A stretch of DNA of 64,000 nucleotides from Eledone cirrhosa. Lineage: Eukaryota. The notes beneath the pieces were generated by a model. The model saw only the letters and a program-made list of their open reading frames with translations, did not search any database and had not been told where the DNA came from. The translations under genes were made by a program, and so were the position numbers. The stretch is taken from contig OZ024751.1 of the NCBI GenBank assembly GCA_964016885.1, positions 40,424,001-40,488,000 of the forward strand, in the 5' to 3' direction. Shown one piece after another: positions 26,580 to 41,079 of this stretch (position 1 is the stretch's first letter; each line of letters begins with the position of its first letter).

Positions 26580-26665
<86 letters not shown>

Positions 26666-26890
26666 ATCTCTCTCGCTCTTTATTTATTTCTCTCTCTTTC
26701 TTTCTCTCTCTCTCTCTCTCCCCTCTCTCACACATGCATTCTAACCAACACAGCAGTCTGTGTATCTCGGAGAAATCTCATACTTTTCATCTACTTAAAT
26801 CCTTTTCAATTACAAAGTACTTTTTTTTCCACATACACACACTCTCTCTCTTTCTCTCTCTCCCTCTCTCTTTCTCTCTCTCCTTCTTTT

Positions 26891-27047
<157 letters not shown>

Positions 27048-27715
27048 GAGAAGAAAGAATACTGCGTGGTTGCACATGAGTTACATATGATAAAAATAGT
27101 CCTTCGTCAGTGATTTTCCAACCATCATTGGTATTTCATCGCTTTAAAAATCATATATATATATATATCATTCTGTCTCTATCTTTATGTATCGTATCTC
27201 TTTCTATCTACCTATCTCTCCCAATTTCTTTCCCCCCTCAATCTCCCTCATTCTCTCTATTCCTTCTCTATTTCTCTATCCCTCTCTCTCTCTCTCTCTC
27301 TCTCCAAGTTTTCACCTGTCCTTCTATGTATATCGGAGAAATTTCAGATATAATTTCTGTATACTTATTTTTCTATCAATTACGAAGTCTTATATTTTTT
27401 CCTCTCCCACAAACACTTGATTATCTCCAATCTTCTGTTTCGTCCTTGTTTCTGACGTTATAAACTATTACAAACTTTATAATTTAAACATTTGACAGTC
27501 CGAAAGAACAATTGTTTTAGCAGCAAGTAAAAAACAACATAAAGCATAAACATGTAATTTGATTATGTGATCAGCTAAAGTTTAAACTGACCCCAAAACT
27601 TTGGTTGGTGTTGGTGGTGGTGGTAGAAATGACGTAGTTACATTACATAAGACAAGGAGGCGACAAATATAAACAAATAAAAAAATTTATAAAAATAGAA
27701 TACAATGTGTATACG

Positions 27716-27764
<49 letters not shown>

Positions 27765-27874
27765 GTGTGTGTGTGTGTGTTTGCTATCTTGTTTCCGATC
27801 ACTTTTTGAAAATGAAACGACACAGTACAATGAAGAAATATTTTAGTTTAACGCTTGATATAGTAGGAAAAGAG

Positions 27875-27910
27875 TCTTAAAGTTTCGGACGCTAGTCTTT
27901 CATCAGAAGA
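27875..27910 (-). ncRNA. Degenerate minimal hammerhead (family G); related remnants at ~43570-43606 (-) and 2693-2729 (+)
   Basis: Minus strand: tctt-CTGATGA-a agac tagc gtcc-GAAA-cttt-aaga. Flank 27830-27880 is homologous to 43539-43590. Confidence 0.55.
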
Positions 27911-28140
27911 TAGAATGAGAAATAAAAAATGAAATAAAGAAATAAAGGAAAGTGAGAAGAAGAAGGAAGGGAAACATTTTGGTGGGGAGGAGAAAAACGC
28001 GTGTATATTCAGTTAGCTATTTTGGAAAAAGATATACATACATACATACATACACACACACATACACACACATATATATATACATATATATATGTGTGTA
28101 TGTGTGTATTTATATATATGTATATATATATATATATATG

Positions 28141-28178
<38 letters not shown>

Positions 28179-28206
28179 TATGTGTGTGTGTGTATTTATA
28201 TATATG

Positions 28207-28289
<83 letters not shown>

Positions 28290-29173
28290 GTGTGTGTGTG
28301 TGTGTGCATATGTGTGTTGGTGGTGTGTATGTATATGTGTGTACCGGTGTGAGCACTTCTCTTCTTCCTCTCCTTCTCTCTCTCTCTCCCTCTCCCTCTC
28401 CCCCTCTCTCTCTCCCTCTCCCTCTCCCACCCCCTCTCTTTCTCTCTCACACACACTCTCCCGCTCTTTGTATGTGTGTGTGTGTGTGTGTGTGTCCCAA
28501 AACAAGGACTGTCACACAACTCTGTTACCCGACTACCAAATACTGGAACCCCTTCTTTTAAATTGCTCCCTCAACCTCCAGCCATGAAGATGGGGGGCTT
28601 TTACTGACGTCATGCTTGCCTCTCACATAACTCCCTAGAGAGGGGGGGGGGTGCAGGAGTCAATTTCCCCTTCATTTTCATGACGGTGACATAAGTATAC
28701 TGTTTATGTCATCCATTAAATGCTCCACGCCACCACCACCACCACCACCACCATCACCACCACCATCACCGCCACCGTCACCACCATCATCACCACCATC
28801 ACCACCACCACCACCATCACCACCACCACCACCACCACCACCATCACCACCACCACCACCACCACCACCACCACCATCACCACCATCATCACCGCCCCCA
28901 TCACCACCACCGTCACCATGACCATCCCCACCACTGTCACCATCACCGCCATCACCGCCAGTACCACGACCACCACCATCACCACCACCATCACCACCAC
29001 CATCCCCACCACCGTCACCATCACCACCATCACCGCCAGTACCACCATCACCACCACCACCATCATTAGGCTAATTACATAGTAATTAGTTGTATGTATC
29101 GTAGCCAAAGCAACGTTCTCTGTTAATTCACTTTAAATCTGTTTGTGATGGAATCCGACATATAAGGAATCTA

Positions 29174-29242
<69 letters not shown>

Positions 29243-30016
29243 CACACACAGACGCACCCACACAGACAGACACACACACACACACACACACACAAACAAA
29301 CACATACATACACATACATACACATACATAAACACACACACACGCACGCACACACACACTCAGACACACACTCACACCCACATACAGACAGACACACATA
29401 CACACAGACACATACAGACATACACACACACAGAGACACACAGACACACAAACACACAGACATACACATACATAAACACACACACACACGCGCGCGCACA
29501 CACATGGTGGTTATAGTGATGGTAGTGGTGGTGGTAGTGGTATGAGTAACTAAAGTAAGGGGTGGGGTGGATGGGTGGAGGAGGAGGAGAAGGTAGATGC
29601 GACCCTTACAATAGGGACCCCGGGGTTTTCACCTGTAAAAGACCTTCTCGTTAGGATGAAAGACAAAAACTAACTTCGGCGGGAATTGAACTCAGAACAT
29701 AAAGGGCCATAACTCTATGCTGCGAAGCATGTTGTCCGACGCTGTACCGATACTGCCAATCCACCAATAATGACAACATCATCATCATCATCAACAACAT
29801 CATCATCATCAACAACATCATCATCATCAACAACATCATCAACAACAACAACATCATCATCAACAACATCATCATCATCAACAGCAACAACAATTAAACA
29901 ATTAAACATAATAGTAATATCTGTTGTTTAAATATAAATATTTACTATAACACAGATACATGGAAGAGTCTTAGAAACACGAACTTTGAATATATGTATA
30001 TATATATATGTATATA

Positions 30017-30090
<74 letters not shown>

Positions 30091-30614
30091 GAGAGAAATT
30101 AATGTAACAAGGCCACGTTGACATTTCCAATAAGCAAAAATACAAAATAAAATAAAATAAAAAAAATGATTTATTTAATCTTATAATAGTTAGTTAGTGT
30201 TATAATATTAATTGAATATTGAGGGTGGTGTGGTGGTGTAGTGTAGTAGGGAGGGGTAAGGTGGTGTTGGCAGTGTGGTTAGGTGGTGGTTTAAAGGTGG
30301 CTTTGTGTGGAGTGAGATAGTGTGTAAGTTGGTGGTGGTTGATGGTGGTGGAGGTGGTGAGGTATTGTTGAGGGGGCGGGGGTGCCAAGATGGTGATGGG
30401 GTAGTGTCAGATAGAGTGTAGGATGGTGATGGTGATGGTGGCTTCACAATTACGGCAATAGTAAAGTATGACCACTAACTATAAGACACGGCCCGTAATT
30501 TCGCCTCTTGCGGAAACTTGGATAAATTCTTTACAATCTAATGTTCTGAGAGTGGTCACTCTTTCACAAGGAATGTATTTCAGAAGGATATTTTTTTTAT
30601 AGAAACTGTATTAT

Positions 30615-30790
30615 CTGGCAGTATCAGTAGAGGGTCGGACATGTTTTCCAGCAGAGTTACGTCCCTTTACGATCTGAGATCAAATCCCGCCGAGGTTAAC
30701 TTTGCCTTTCATCCTTACGGGGTTGATAAAATAAAGTACCAGTAATAAACTGAGATAATTTCTGGCCTTGTGCCAAAAGTAGAAACAATT
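30615..30790 (+). mobile_element. SINE S1
   Basis: Full-length match. Confidence 0.85.
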
Positions 30791-31457
30791 ATCTAATTCC
30801 AATTGAGGGACGGGGTAGGGTACCAACCATTGAGATGTAGGGGTGGGAAGGACGCTCATACACCCCCGCCCCCAATGACGGGCCCAAGCAGGGGTCAGTA
30901 AATCCCTCGGATGGGAATCACTGCTTCATTTGGAGCTGACATCCGACTATGACTAAAGTTGGAAACTATTTTCAAATAGACAATAATTATACTGACGTTT
31001 TGCTATTACTGCAGTGTGGTGTTGTGTGGTGTTGTGTGGGGTGTGGTGTGGTGTGATGTTGTGTGGTGTGTTGTGTGGTGTGGTGTTGTGTGGTGGTGTA
31101 GTGGTGTGGTGTGTGATGTATTGTGTGGTGTTGTGTGGTGTGTTGTGTGTATAATATGTTGTGCTGTATGTTCTGTGTTATGGTGTAGTGTGTGTAATAA
31201 GTTGTACTGTGTGTTGTGTGTATTGACTATTAAACAGTATTGTTATTCAGCTGAAGACCTATCCTATCCTCCCCCTTCCATTATCACACACCTACACACT
31301 AAGTGTTCATATCCACAATTATATACCACCAGATTCCATCCATTTCTTTCTGTGTTGCCACTAGTCCCATTGTCTACAATTGATCACTTCCTTTTTTGGT
31401 GACATTTTATAAATAAATAAATAAATAAACAATTAAATAAATAAAAAATAAATTATA

Positions 31458-31458
<1 letters not shown>

Positions 31459-31497
<39 letters not shown>

Positions 31498-31898
31498 TTT
31501 TCTTTATTAACCACAAGGGTTTACATAAAGTAGACATTAAGGACAGTACAGGACAATACAGGACGGTACAAATGGGCATTTCTGCGTGTAAAAAAAACAG
31601 AGGATGTAATAAAAAATAACAATGAAAAATTCCTCAATAGGGGGGAGACTTCCGAGGGACATTTGTGGAGAAAGCCCATTAAAAAGGCCACAGTGAACCT
31701 GACCACCAGGGCAAGTGCCCTCTCCTAGTTTTCCCCCTTTAATTTACAGACACATACTCAGAGTAGGCCCATTCACTCGGGCCATACTTACTTCTCTCAC
31801 CCACCTTTCAACAAAATGCTGGGAAGAGAGCACTTCCCTCTCTACCCTGATTTTCCTTTTCAAATGAAATTGGAAAAAGTTAATCAGGGCATCACCGA
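31459..31898 (-). mobile_element. 5'-truncated L1/Tx1-like LINE 3' end with (ATT)n tail in (AAAT)n
   Basis: Minus strand: ALINFFQFHLKRKIRVEREVLSSQHFVERWVREVSMARVNGPTLSMCL*, then a 3' UTR ending cccttgtggttaataaagaaa(att)n. Confidence 0.75.
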
Positions 31899-32001
31899 TA
31901 ATAAATAAATAAATAAATAAAATAGAAATAAAAATATAGTATCAATTTGATAGAAAATAGATTTTTTTAAATTACACATGATTTGTTTAATAATATTTTT
32001 C

Positions 32002-32155
<154 letters not shown>

Positions 32156-32676
32156 ATATGTATGTATATATGTATTTAAAAAATTCCAGAACAATTTTGG
32201 AGGGCAATATTGTTTTAAATTTGCAAATAAAATTTCTAAAATATTTTTAAAATGAAATAGATCGGTTTTGTAAATAAAATTTATTTTGATTACATTTTGG
32301 AAATATTATAAAAAAATTAGATCTTTGAAGATAAAATTTAGTTTAATAACAATTTTCTAAAAATATGTTGTTTTCTTTAATTGGGGCTGATTTTTTTATA
32401 TAATTCCGTTTAGTAATATTTTTTTTAAATATTAAAAAAAAAAAAATTGGATCTGTTTTATATATATATGATTTAGTTTAATAACAGTTTTGTCAAATAT
32501 TTTTTTTTAAATAGACATGTTTTGTAAATAAAATTTAGTTTAATGAATACTATATATTTTTAAAATATATCTTTTTAATTAGCCTTTTTTTTTTTTGCTG
32601 TAATTATTATAAATTATAAAATAAATATATATTTCTGTATTTAATTTTCTCCTTATTTTTTTTCGTGTAATTACAG

Positions 32677-32878
32677 ACCTGGGCAAACCAAAAACCAAAA
32701 CACCAATAAATTAAAAAGAAGCGGCTTCTTTAAAACAAACAAACAAAATAATTCTTCTAAGAACATCTTGTTAGCAGACGAATTTCCTCTCACACTCGTT
32801 CACTTCGGTTAATTCCGTCAAGTTTCGGAGACATCAGCAGCAGCAGTTACTGGTATATATAAATAAACAGCTGTCACT
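32677..32878 (+). other. FLNA: 5' UTR part of the first coding exon of filamin
   Basis: Polypyrimidine tract and acceptor ttttttcgtgtaattacag|AC at 32675-32676, 202 nt upstream of the ATG, implies an upstream non-coding exon. Confidence 0.65.
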
Positions 32879-33233
32879 ATGGCTAGTCAAAGTGAGGCTT
32901 ATTACGACGAGGACGAAGATTACGACGAGGACGACGAGGACATGCCGGCTACAGAGAGAGATCTTGCCGACGATGCGCAATGGAAACTTATTCAGAAGAA
33001 CACATTCACAAGATGGGCCAACGAGCACTTGAAGACGGTCAGCAAGTCACTTGTAGACCTGGAAACGGATTTATCGGATGGCTTAAGACTTATTGCTCTG
33101 GTTGAGGTGCTCTCTTGCAAAAAATTTAAACATATTAACAAGAAGCCCAACTTCCGAACACAGAAGCTCGAAAACGTTACTAGGGTCCTGAGATTTCTTG
33201 AAGAAGACGAAGGAATTCGTATCGTAAATATAG
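32879..33233 (+). CDS. FLNA: Filamin coding exon 1 (acidic N-terminus + CH1)
   Basis: [31 protein letters not shown]...[16 protein letters not shown]...GIRIVNI; donor G|gtaagt at 33234; 355 nt, phase 1. Confidence 0.97.
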
Positions 33234-33295
33234 GTAAGTGTACACACCCCTTTTGCTGCAATTCGACATTTCATATAAAGGTGTAGTAAAAAATA

Positions 33296-33331
<36 letters not shown>

Positions 33332-34026
33332 TATTTAAATATTTTCGTTTGGCCGAAGTTGAAGAGTGAAAAAATTGCCGACAACCACCGACTTTTTGAT
33401 GTCTGTATGCCCCTCCCTTCCGCATCTCTTCGCTACTGTTCATTTACTAAATTATTATATAGTGTCCTTCACAGATTAATTTATTTATATCTAATATATA
33501 AGCGGGACTGGATGGGGAGATACCCCCCCCCCCCTATGATACGTTAGTAACCTCTTATGAAGACCAGTTAGATACCTACATAGTATAACAGCTTTGAACT
33601 GTAACAACAACTGCAACAACATTATAGTAATTGACGTACGTGCTTAGGGGAGATTTTATTGTCTTTATTAAGTCCCGCATCGTATCGTTTTAGAGACCAG
33701 TTTCGGTAACCCTGTTTCGGCCAACAAGGGAGCCTTCTCTCGCTAATATACAGACCCTGGAATAACCTTCTAGAGATATCGGTTCAATCTTTTCCATATC
33801 ACTCAGCCTTCATATAATAAAACACAATAATACACACTTAATAAAGTAATCGGTCCGACATTATTTTATTTTAGAGACCTGTTTCAGCTAACAAGTTATC
33901 CCCCATCTTTCTCTCTCTTTCTCTCTCTTTCTCTCTCTCCACACACAGTCTCTCAACTAGCTTGCTAGAAATATCAGTTAATTCTTCCTCAAATCACACA
34001 CACACTCTGTCGTCTTAAAAATTATC

Positions 34027-34214
34027 ATTGTTTCTACTTTTGGCACAAGGCCAGCAATTATCTCAGAGTATTACTGGTACTTTATTCTATCGACCCCGTA
34101 AGGATGAAAGGCAAAGTTAACCTCGGCGGGATTTGAACTCTGAACGGAAAGGGCTGTAACTCTATGCTGCAAAGCATGGCGTCCGACCCTCTACTGATAC
34201 TGCCAATCCACCGC
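34027..34214 (-). mobile_element. SINE S1
   Basis: Full-length reverse-complement match. Confidence 0.85.
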
Positions 34215-36701
34215 TCTTAAAAATTATAATAATGGTTTCTAATTTAGGCACAAGGCCAGCAATTCGGGTTCAGAAGAGTCTGTTATATGAAACCCCAGAA
34301 ATTTGCCTGGGGTTTTATTCTATCAATCAAACCCCGGTAGGAAAATAAACAAACACTTTTTTAATAAAGTAATCGTATCCCTATTATAACCATAAATACG
34401 ACTAGGTCACGGCTGGAACACCTTCGATCATATATTGATGTATTTGATTGGGGGAAGGTTAAAAAAACCCTTAACCGACACCTGTTATTTCTTTATACTC
34501 TTTATTTCTCTCTCTCGTAGCTTGGTTTCCATCCTTGTAACCAAACACTGTAGCTATTTACTTCTGTTTTCTTCTTTCACTCGAAAATAAATCTACCAGA
34601 CACAGCCGCAGACACTGTTGTTATAGCAGGTCCAGACAACCTGTGGAAGTATTTGTAGACAACTTCGTTCTGCTAGAAATAGTAGCCAAATTCCACTGTC
34701 ACAACACACACTTAATAAAGGAAGGACTACAGCTCCAGACAACCTGTGAGAGGAGTATTTGTAGCCAACTTCGTTTTGCTAGAAATAGTAGCCAAATTCC
34801 AACAAGTCATACACACATACACATACACACACGCGTACACACACACACCAGTGTTATAATAAAGGAAAGACTACATTCGTACTCTTTCTTAATGTTGGGA
34901 TAGCCATGTCTGGAGAGCCTTTGATTTACAAACAAGTTTTACTCGATCTCAGCAGTGGTGATTGATCTGAAGCTAAATAACAACTACAGCTAACAAGTGC
35001 TTGATTTATTTCACAACCAATGTATAATTAATATCTACCATTCTCTCTTTCTCTAGCTCTCTCTCTCTCTCTCTCTCTTTCTCTCAAGGACAAGTGTCCA
35101 AAAAACATTGCAATCTGTTATTCTACGAACGCACTGCCCTGCAGTATATAATATATATAGGCATATAATATACATACATTTATATTTAGACAACATAAAT
35201 TTGTCGGTATGTTATTTTGCTTTATTATTAAAATCACTGGGGCTTTGTTTCTCTCTATTTCAGACCCTTAAATAATTTAAACCCTATATAATTTGCCCTA
35301 GTATTACTTCTACTCTCTTCTCCTCATCTAGAAAAAATAAAGCAGCCCCCCCCCCCTCATCTACAGTCCTCTCCAAAAAAAAAACTTTATACAACGGCTT
35401 GGTTCTTCAAATTTCGATGCTGGTTCTATAGTTACATTCCTCCTGCCCTCCTATCTTACCCTACCTACATACCTACCTACCTAGCTACCTACATATCTAG
35501 ACCGACCAATGAGTGGTTGGTGCCCTTGTCAAGTTTGTACACACGCACACACTCACACACACTCATATATTCTCACGCATACTAAATATAGGCCCTTATA
35601 AAGGGCCTCGTGTATGTATGTATGTATGTATGTATGTGTATGTATGTATATGTGTGTGTATATAATGTTGGCCCTCGTCTGTCGAGAGTCCATGATATTA
35701 TATTAGAATTTATTTAAAATACCGCAGCATTTAAAACATTCGACTATTCAATACGGTTAGTGTGTAAAATGGCAGTGACTTCGAAGTTTCTATTTGGTCG
35801 CTTCAATATACATATAAATTTCTATATACAAATATATCCCCTGACAACTTGGTTCAGAAAGGGTGTGGGAGGGTAAAGCTGACTTGCCTTACTACTACTA
35901 CTACTACTACTATAACTGCTGCTACTAATACTACTATTGTTATTGTAATCTGTATTATATTATCACTGTCATTATTACTCACAATAATAATAACACCTCC
36001 CATCCAAATGAAAATAGCTACCATTAACCCTCATAACTGCAAAATAATCAGATTTCTTTCTGTTGTACTACAAAGTAGGCCTTGTAACTAGGGTGTGTGT
36101 ATGAGAGCTTGTATGGAGGAAAGTCCTATATAGCATCAGTAAAGGAGAAGGCCCCCTCCCTTCGTCTCTCTTGTGCATGTTCACATACAGTTTAACCTCC
36201 CTTCCCGAAGCTCCAGATCTGTGTGTGTGTGTGTGTGTGTTTGTGATGTATGGTAAACTGGTTTCTATTCCAACTTGTAGCTATTTCACTTCACTTCAAA
36301 CACTATTAACGTCGCTGGGGAGACAGAAAGAAACTCAGTATTTATATATCTTGCGTCCCTTTACGATCTGAGTTCAAATCCCGCCGAGGTTGACTTTGCC
36401 TTTCATCCTTACGGGGTCGATAAAATAAAGTACCAGTAATGCACTGGGTAATTGCTGGCCTTCTGCCTGAAGTAGAAACAAGTATTTATATATCTTACAA
36501 CCATATTTGAAATATTGTCAGTAAACTCATGCACACACTTGGCATGTTTAAGTCCACACAAGATACAATAGCTGTATCACTTCATAAGCTGACTATGGAA
36601 GAGTGATGCTAGGGCTGTGAAATCTTGCATGCATTGGAGACGAGTTAGTTAATTATATCGATTCCTCAGTACTTCACTGGTTCTTTATCGACTCTCAGAA
36701 G

Positions 36702-36861
36702 CAGTGCCGGGTTTACCATTATGCTTAGGTGTGTTTAAGCACAAGGGCACATTAATCAGAGCGAGGCATCTTCCTGCCAAAAAAAAAATTTACGATGAAT
36801 TTTTCCTCATAAGGGACCTCTTAACTAGCGCAGGGCCTCTTTTGTCCTAAATCCGGTAATG
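36702..36861. mobile_element. hAT-type MITE inserted in a SINE
   Basis: 8-bp TSD ctcagaag at 36694-36701 and 36862-36869; imperfect TIRs cagtgccgggttta / taaatccggtaatg. Confidence 0.8.
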
Positions 36862-37299
36862 CTCAGAAGGATGAAATGCAAAGTTGACCTCGGTGGGGTT
36901 TGAGGTGAGATCAGTAAAGAGCCAAAACTGATACATTATACTACGGATCATTTCCCTGCATCATGGAAGGCGAAGTTGATCTCGGCGGGATTTGATCCCA
37001 GAAAGTAAAGAGATTCTTGAACAAATAATATCGCCAAACATTTTGTCCACTGTTCTTATAGTATTTAAATAAACAGAAAGTGAGAGATAGGGGGGGGGGG
37101 GTTCCAGTGTCACCCGACGAAACCAGTGTAATACGAGATAATCTAGATATCTGACTGAGTCAGTGGTTTAAAACAAATATCCATTAAAAAATAGAGGTAG
37201 GTGAGAGGAAGGAAAAACTGGGGAATATAGTGTAAGGACAGAATAGTCTGTGTATATATGTATATGTGTATATATAATATATATATATATGTATAAATA

Positions 37300-37362
<63 letters not shown>

Positions 37363-37475
37363 CACTTTGTGTGTGTGTGTCCCCCATATAGCTTTAAGAC
37401 TATTATTAATGTAGAAAAAAAAACTTACTCAACATTCATATGGTATATTCTTTACACGCTTTGCATACTTCGGTT

Positions 37476-37518
<43 letters not shown>

Positions 37519-37565
37519 ATCTATTCACGCTTCGTGTGGTTCTTAAGAGAATAACACTGTATGTG

Positions 37566-37613
<48 letters not shown>

Positions 37614-37686
37614 GCATGCATACAGACAAAAGCGATGCTCTGCCATGGTTGCTGTCTAATGACTGAAACAAATGAGAGTATGTATG

Positions 37687-38156
37687 TATCAAAGAATTGT
37701 CATCCCATCAGGTGTAATGACTTGGGTGTTGGTGTAGAGCAGTGATATCGTGTCCATTATCTTCTTGGGGATTCCATAAGCCTGTAAGATCTTCATCAGG
37801 CAGTGACGGTCCACAGAATCAAAGGCCTTCCTAAAGTCAATGAAAACCATGACCGCAAGAAGGCACTTTGCTCTAGCTCCCTCTAATATCCTCCCAAAAG
37901 TCAGCTCAAAAGTGACACAGAGGGGACTGCGGTTCACTGGACATGCTCACCGACATCCAGAGTTGACATTGCACTCAGTGCTCCTGTGGGAGCCCTTACA
38001 TGGACACACTGGAAGAGGAAGACCAAGGTTAACGTATGTTGATGCCCTAAGGACAGACACTGGTCTGTTGGAGACGCAGGGCATGGCAGCGATAATGAGG
38101 GACAGAGACCGATGGAGAGAACTCGTCCATGGATCTCGGGAATTTTACCCGCCCTA
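37687..38156 (+). mobile_element. 5'-inverted RTE-type LINE insertion (family R1)
   Basis: 37687-37891 minus: RILEGARAKCLLAVMVFIDFRKAFDSVDR...YGIP (RT motif). 37892-38156 plus: PKVSSKVTQRGLRFTGHAHRH...GRGRPRLTY (ORF2 C-terminus). Confidence 0.88.
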
Positions 38157-38636
38157 TAAATATATATATATATTTTCTGTTCTTATTCCTAGAAACTAAA
38201 TAAATAAAAAAAACTAGCATGTTCTTTTTCATGTTAACCCGTGGCACGACAGGTAGCTGGCAAACTTGCATATTCACCTGTTATTTAATGTAGTTGTCGT
38301 TAACAAACCAGTTAGCCCGGTCTAGCTTACTTGGTCGATTTAATGACATACCTGTATTTATTTTATGGTTGTTGTTGCTACTGATAGTAATGGTGGGTTG
38401 TTTTGTCTTTTTTTTGTAGTTTTTAACAAGACCATTTTTAAGTGTCTTCAGCTCCCTCTCTTGTCTTGTCTTTTAATGTTGCAGTAAATTTATTTCTATC
38501 GTAGCATACCTGCTTGCCTATCTTACATACCTATCTATTTACCTGTATTGTTAATCTCGCCACTACTGCAATGATTAGAAAACCTTACGTTACTTTTTAC
38601 ATCATATGCTTTGGGGACCCATATTATTAAAACACC

Positions 38637-38820
38637 CGGTGGATTAGCAGTATCGGTAGGTCGGACGCCATGCTTTGCAGCATAGAGTTACGGCCCTTTA
38701 CAGTCTGAGGTCACTTCTTGTCGAGGTCAACTTTGCCTTTCATCCTTACGGGGTCGATAAAATAAAGTACCAGTAATGCACTGGGTAATTGCTGGCCTTG
38801 AGTCAAAAGTAGAAACAATT
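38637..38820 (+). mobile_element. SINE S1
   Basis: Full-length match. Confidence 0.85.
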
Positions 38821-40131
38821 ATTAAAACACTCTAGGAAACTTGTAGAAGCGAGGCCAACTAAACCTGTATGTAGGTGTCAGCTGTAAAATTGATTTTATT
38901 TTCATAATAATTTGAACTATGAGCTGTAGTTTGTTTTGTTTACAACTTGTTAAGCCCACTTGTCACTTTTTATATCAAATCGAAATGGCTTGACAGTGAA
39001 TCACAGAAGGAAAATATAAAGATATATAAAAAAAGAATTTAAAAAAAAGCAACAACGAAAAACCGCCCCTGTTTCGTTATACAATTCAGTAGTCCCATCT
39101 CCGCCTCAACCACTCCTTAACCAAAATAATTACTATTGTTAAAAGGAGAGGAAATTGAGCAGAGAGAGAACTTGCTTATTAACTGGTCTGCTTTAGGTAA
39201 TAAACAAATGGAAGTTCTGCTTATTATGTCAATCCTATGTTAAAGTAGTTATAATTATTTTTTTTTTTTTTTCAATATTATTTAAAATTCTTGTTTAATA
39301 GATAAATAAAAAATTAGGGAAAAGTTAGCACTGACTAGTTAGTTATTAGTTAATTTAGATATTTTAGTATTATTTGCTAAATTTAATGGGGTGTTTTTAT
39401 TTTATTTTAGTTTTTATTTTAAACTAATAATTCGTTTCTGCTTGTTTCTGTTGAACAGCTTGTCAAAAAGACTTCAGCCTTGTTAAATTTCTTGATGTAA
39501 GCTACAATAGAAATAGTATTAGTACTAGTAATAATAATTTGTTTAACCACAAAGGGTTTACACCAAGAAAAACTCTGACAGCACAGGACAAAAGCAGTGT
39601 GTGTTGGTGTGGAGGTTTCATAATAATAATAGAAATGAGTAATGGTGCATTTAGGTCAACATTGCTAGTTATAAACCAGGGAGCTGCTGTTTAGCTATTC
39701 TGGTTTTCAAATACCAAAGTACCAACATTTTTCCAGGAGAGATATATAATTAGGTGTACTCTGACTCAAAAACAACAAAGCGGTATTTCCTCACCCCTTC
39801 CATTCCGACCCATCCCTACTTAAAACCCCTTTTGTTATTTCTATTATCAGAATGATTTTTGTTCCCCTTTTAAAAAAAAAAAAAAGTTTTCATCAGTTTA
39901 TTTAATATTTTTGCTCTTAAATACTTTTTTCCTGGGCTTAGGTTGTTCCCTCGTTGGAAATTAGTTTCAAATCTATTTGTGGCCTACCTGTGTGGTAGAC
40001 CAATCCAGACTGCCCAAGTAGTTAGGATCTGGGACAATGTTACAAGCAGAGTGGCCAAAGGTGCTGACATCCAAGTCTGTCTGACACTGGAACCATACAT
40101 ACAGCATCTACTTCTTTGGTGCCTGGGCATT

Positions 40132-40358
40132 ATTGACATGTGGAGTTGTAAAGCAGCTGTTGCCATATGCAGGACAAGATCTGGGTTTTGGTGAAGTCCA
40201 ACATGACGTTTTCTCTGCCACATTCCTGATAGCCAACAAAGAAAACTGCCCTTCATGGTGAAAGGAATGTGGCAGAGAAAACTTCATGTTGGACTTCACC
40301 AAAACCCAGATCTTGTCCTGCATATGGCAACAGCTGCTTTACAACTCCACATGTCAAT
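40132..40358. repeat. 96-bp inverted repeat with 35-nt loop
   Basis: Arms 40132-40227 / 40263-40358, single mismatch (C40207/T40283). Confidence 0.95.
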
Positions 40359-41079
40359 GTGGTGAGCACAATTGAAACATCTGAGGACAGACATTTTATT
40401 TTCCCTTTCAAAGATCCTAAAGAGATTCTTCAAAGTGAGGGGTGGCGAGAGAGATGTTACTGTCCTCCAATAAGTTTCTTGTAAAGTGGGTGTGAAGTGT
40501 GTGGGACTGCCTCTTAACATGTCTGTCAACTGAGGAATAACAGCTGGGGCAAGGGTATGACACTCCTGTCCATTTGGATCCTGTTTTATGGTTTCATTTG
40601 AAATAACTGCTAGAGGAGGTCAAACTATCACCTTATTACAGCCACACCTACATTTAGTTGTGGGTGGAGATAACAAGATTTACCTCATCTCATATACTGC
40701 TCCTTTCTTTCACCCCAGACATTTCTTTTCCACTTAATTCTAGAAATGACTAACTCTTCCTGTCTTCTACAAACCCTGAAACCATTTTGATGGGAAGTTT
40801 TTAGGTAAATATATAAACACTTCAAATAAACAGCTTAGTATTGTGGAACCAAGGATAGTTTCAGGCGTTTTCCTATCTATATGGTTAATATCAATATGGC
40901 TTCTTGTTTAATCGCATATGTTAGCAGTAAGTTAATTATAGCCCATCCTATTTAACATATTTTAACATTTTCTACACTTTAACGTCATGTTCTGCATAAA
41001 ACTGCATAGATAAGACTTTCTAGAAAAGTTCAAAATAGCACTATGACTGACACATAAAAAATTGAAATATTTACGTTGA

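Noticed and set aside
27095-27150. Minus-strand CTGACGAAG in a TA-flanked island
   Set aside because: No downstream stem II/GAAA; at most a remnant.
28605-28612. CRE (TGACGTCA) and scattered AP-1 (TGACTCA) sites
   Set aside because: The count is compatible with chance in 64 kb; no independent support.
33234-33286. ORF-track extensions beyond the filamin splice sites (also 60423-60579, 60832-60935, 62149-62187, 63505-63578)
   Set aside because: Intronic read-through; filamin similarity stops at canonical GT/AG sites.
37790-37800. Minus-strand CTGATGA
   Set aside because: Part of RTE coding sequence (LMK); no hammerhead topology.
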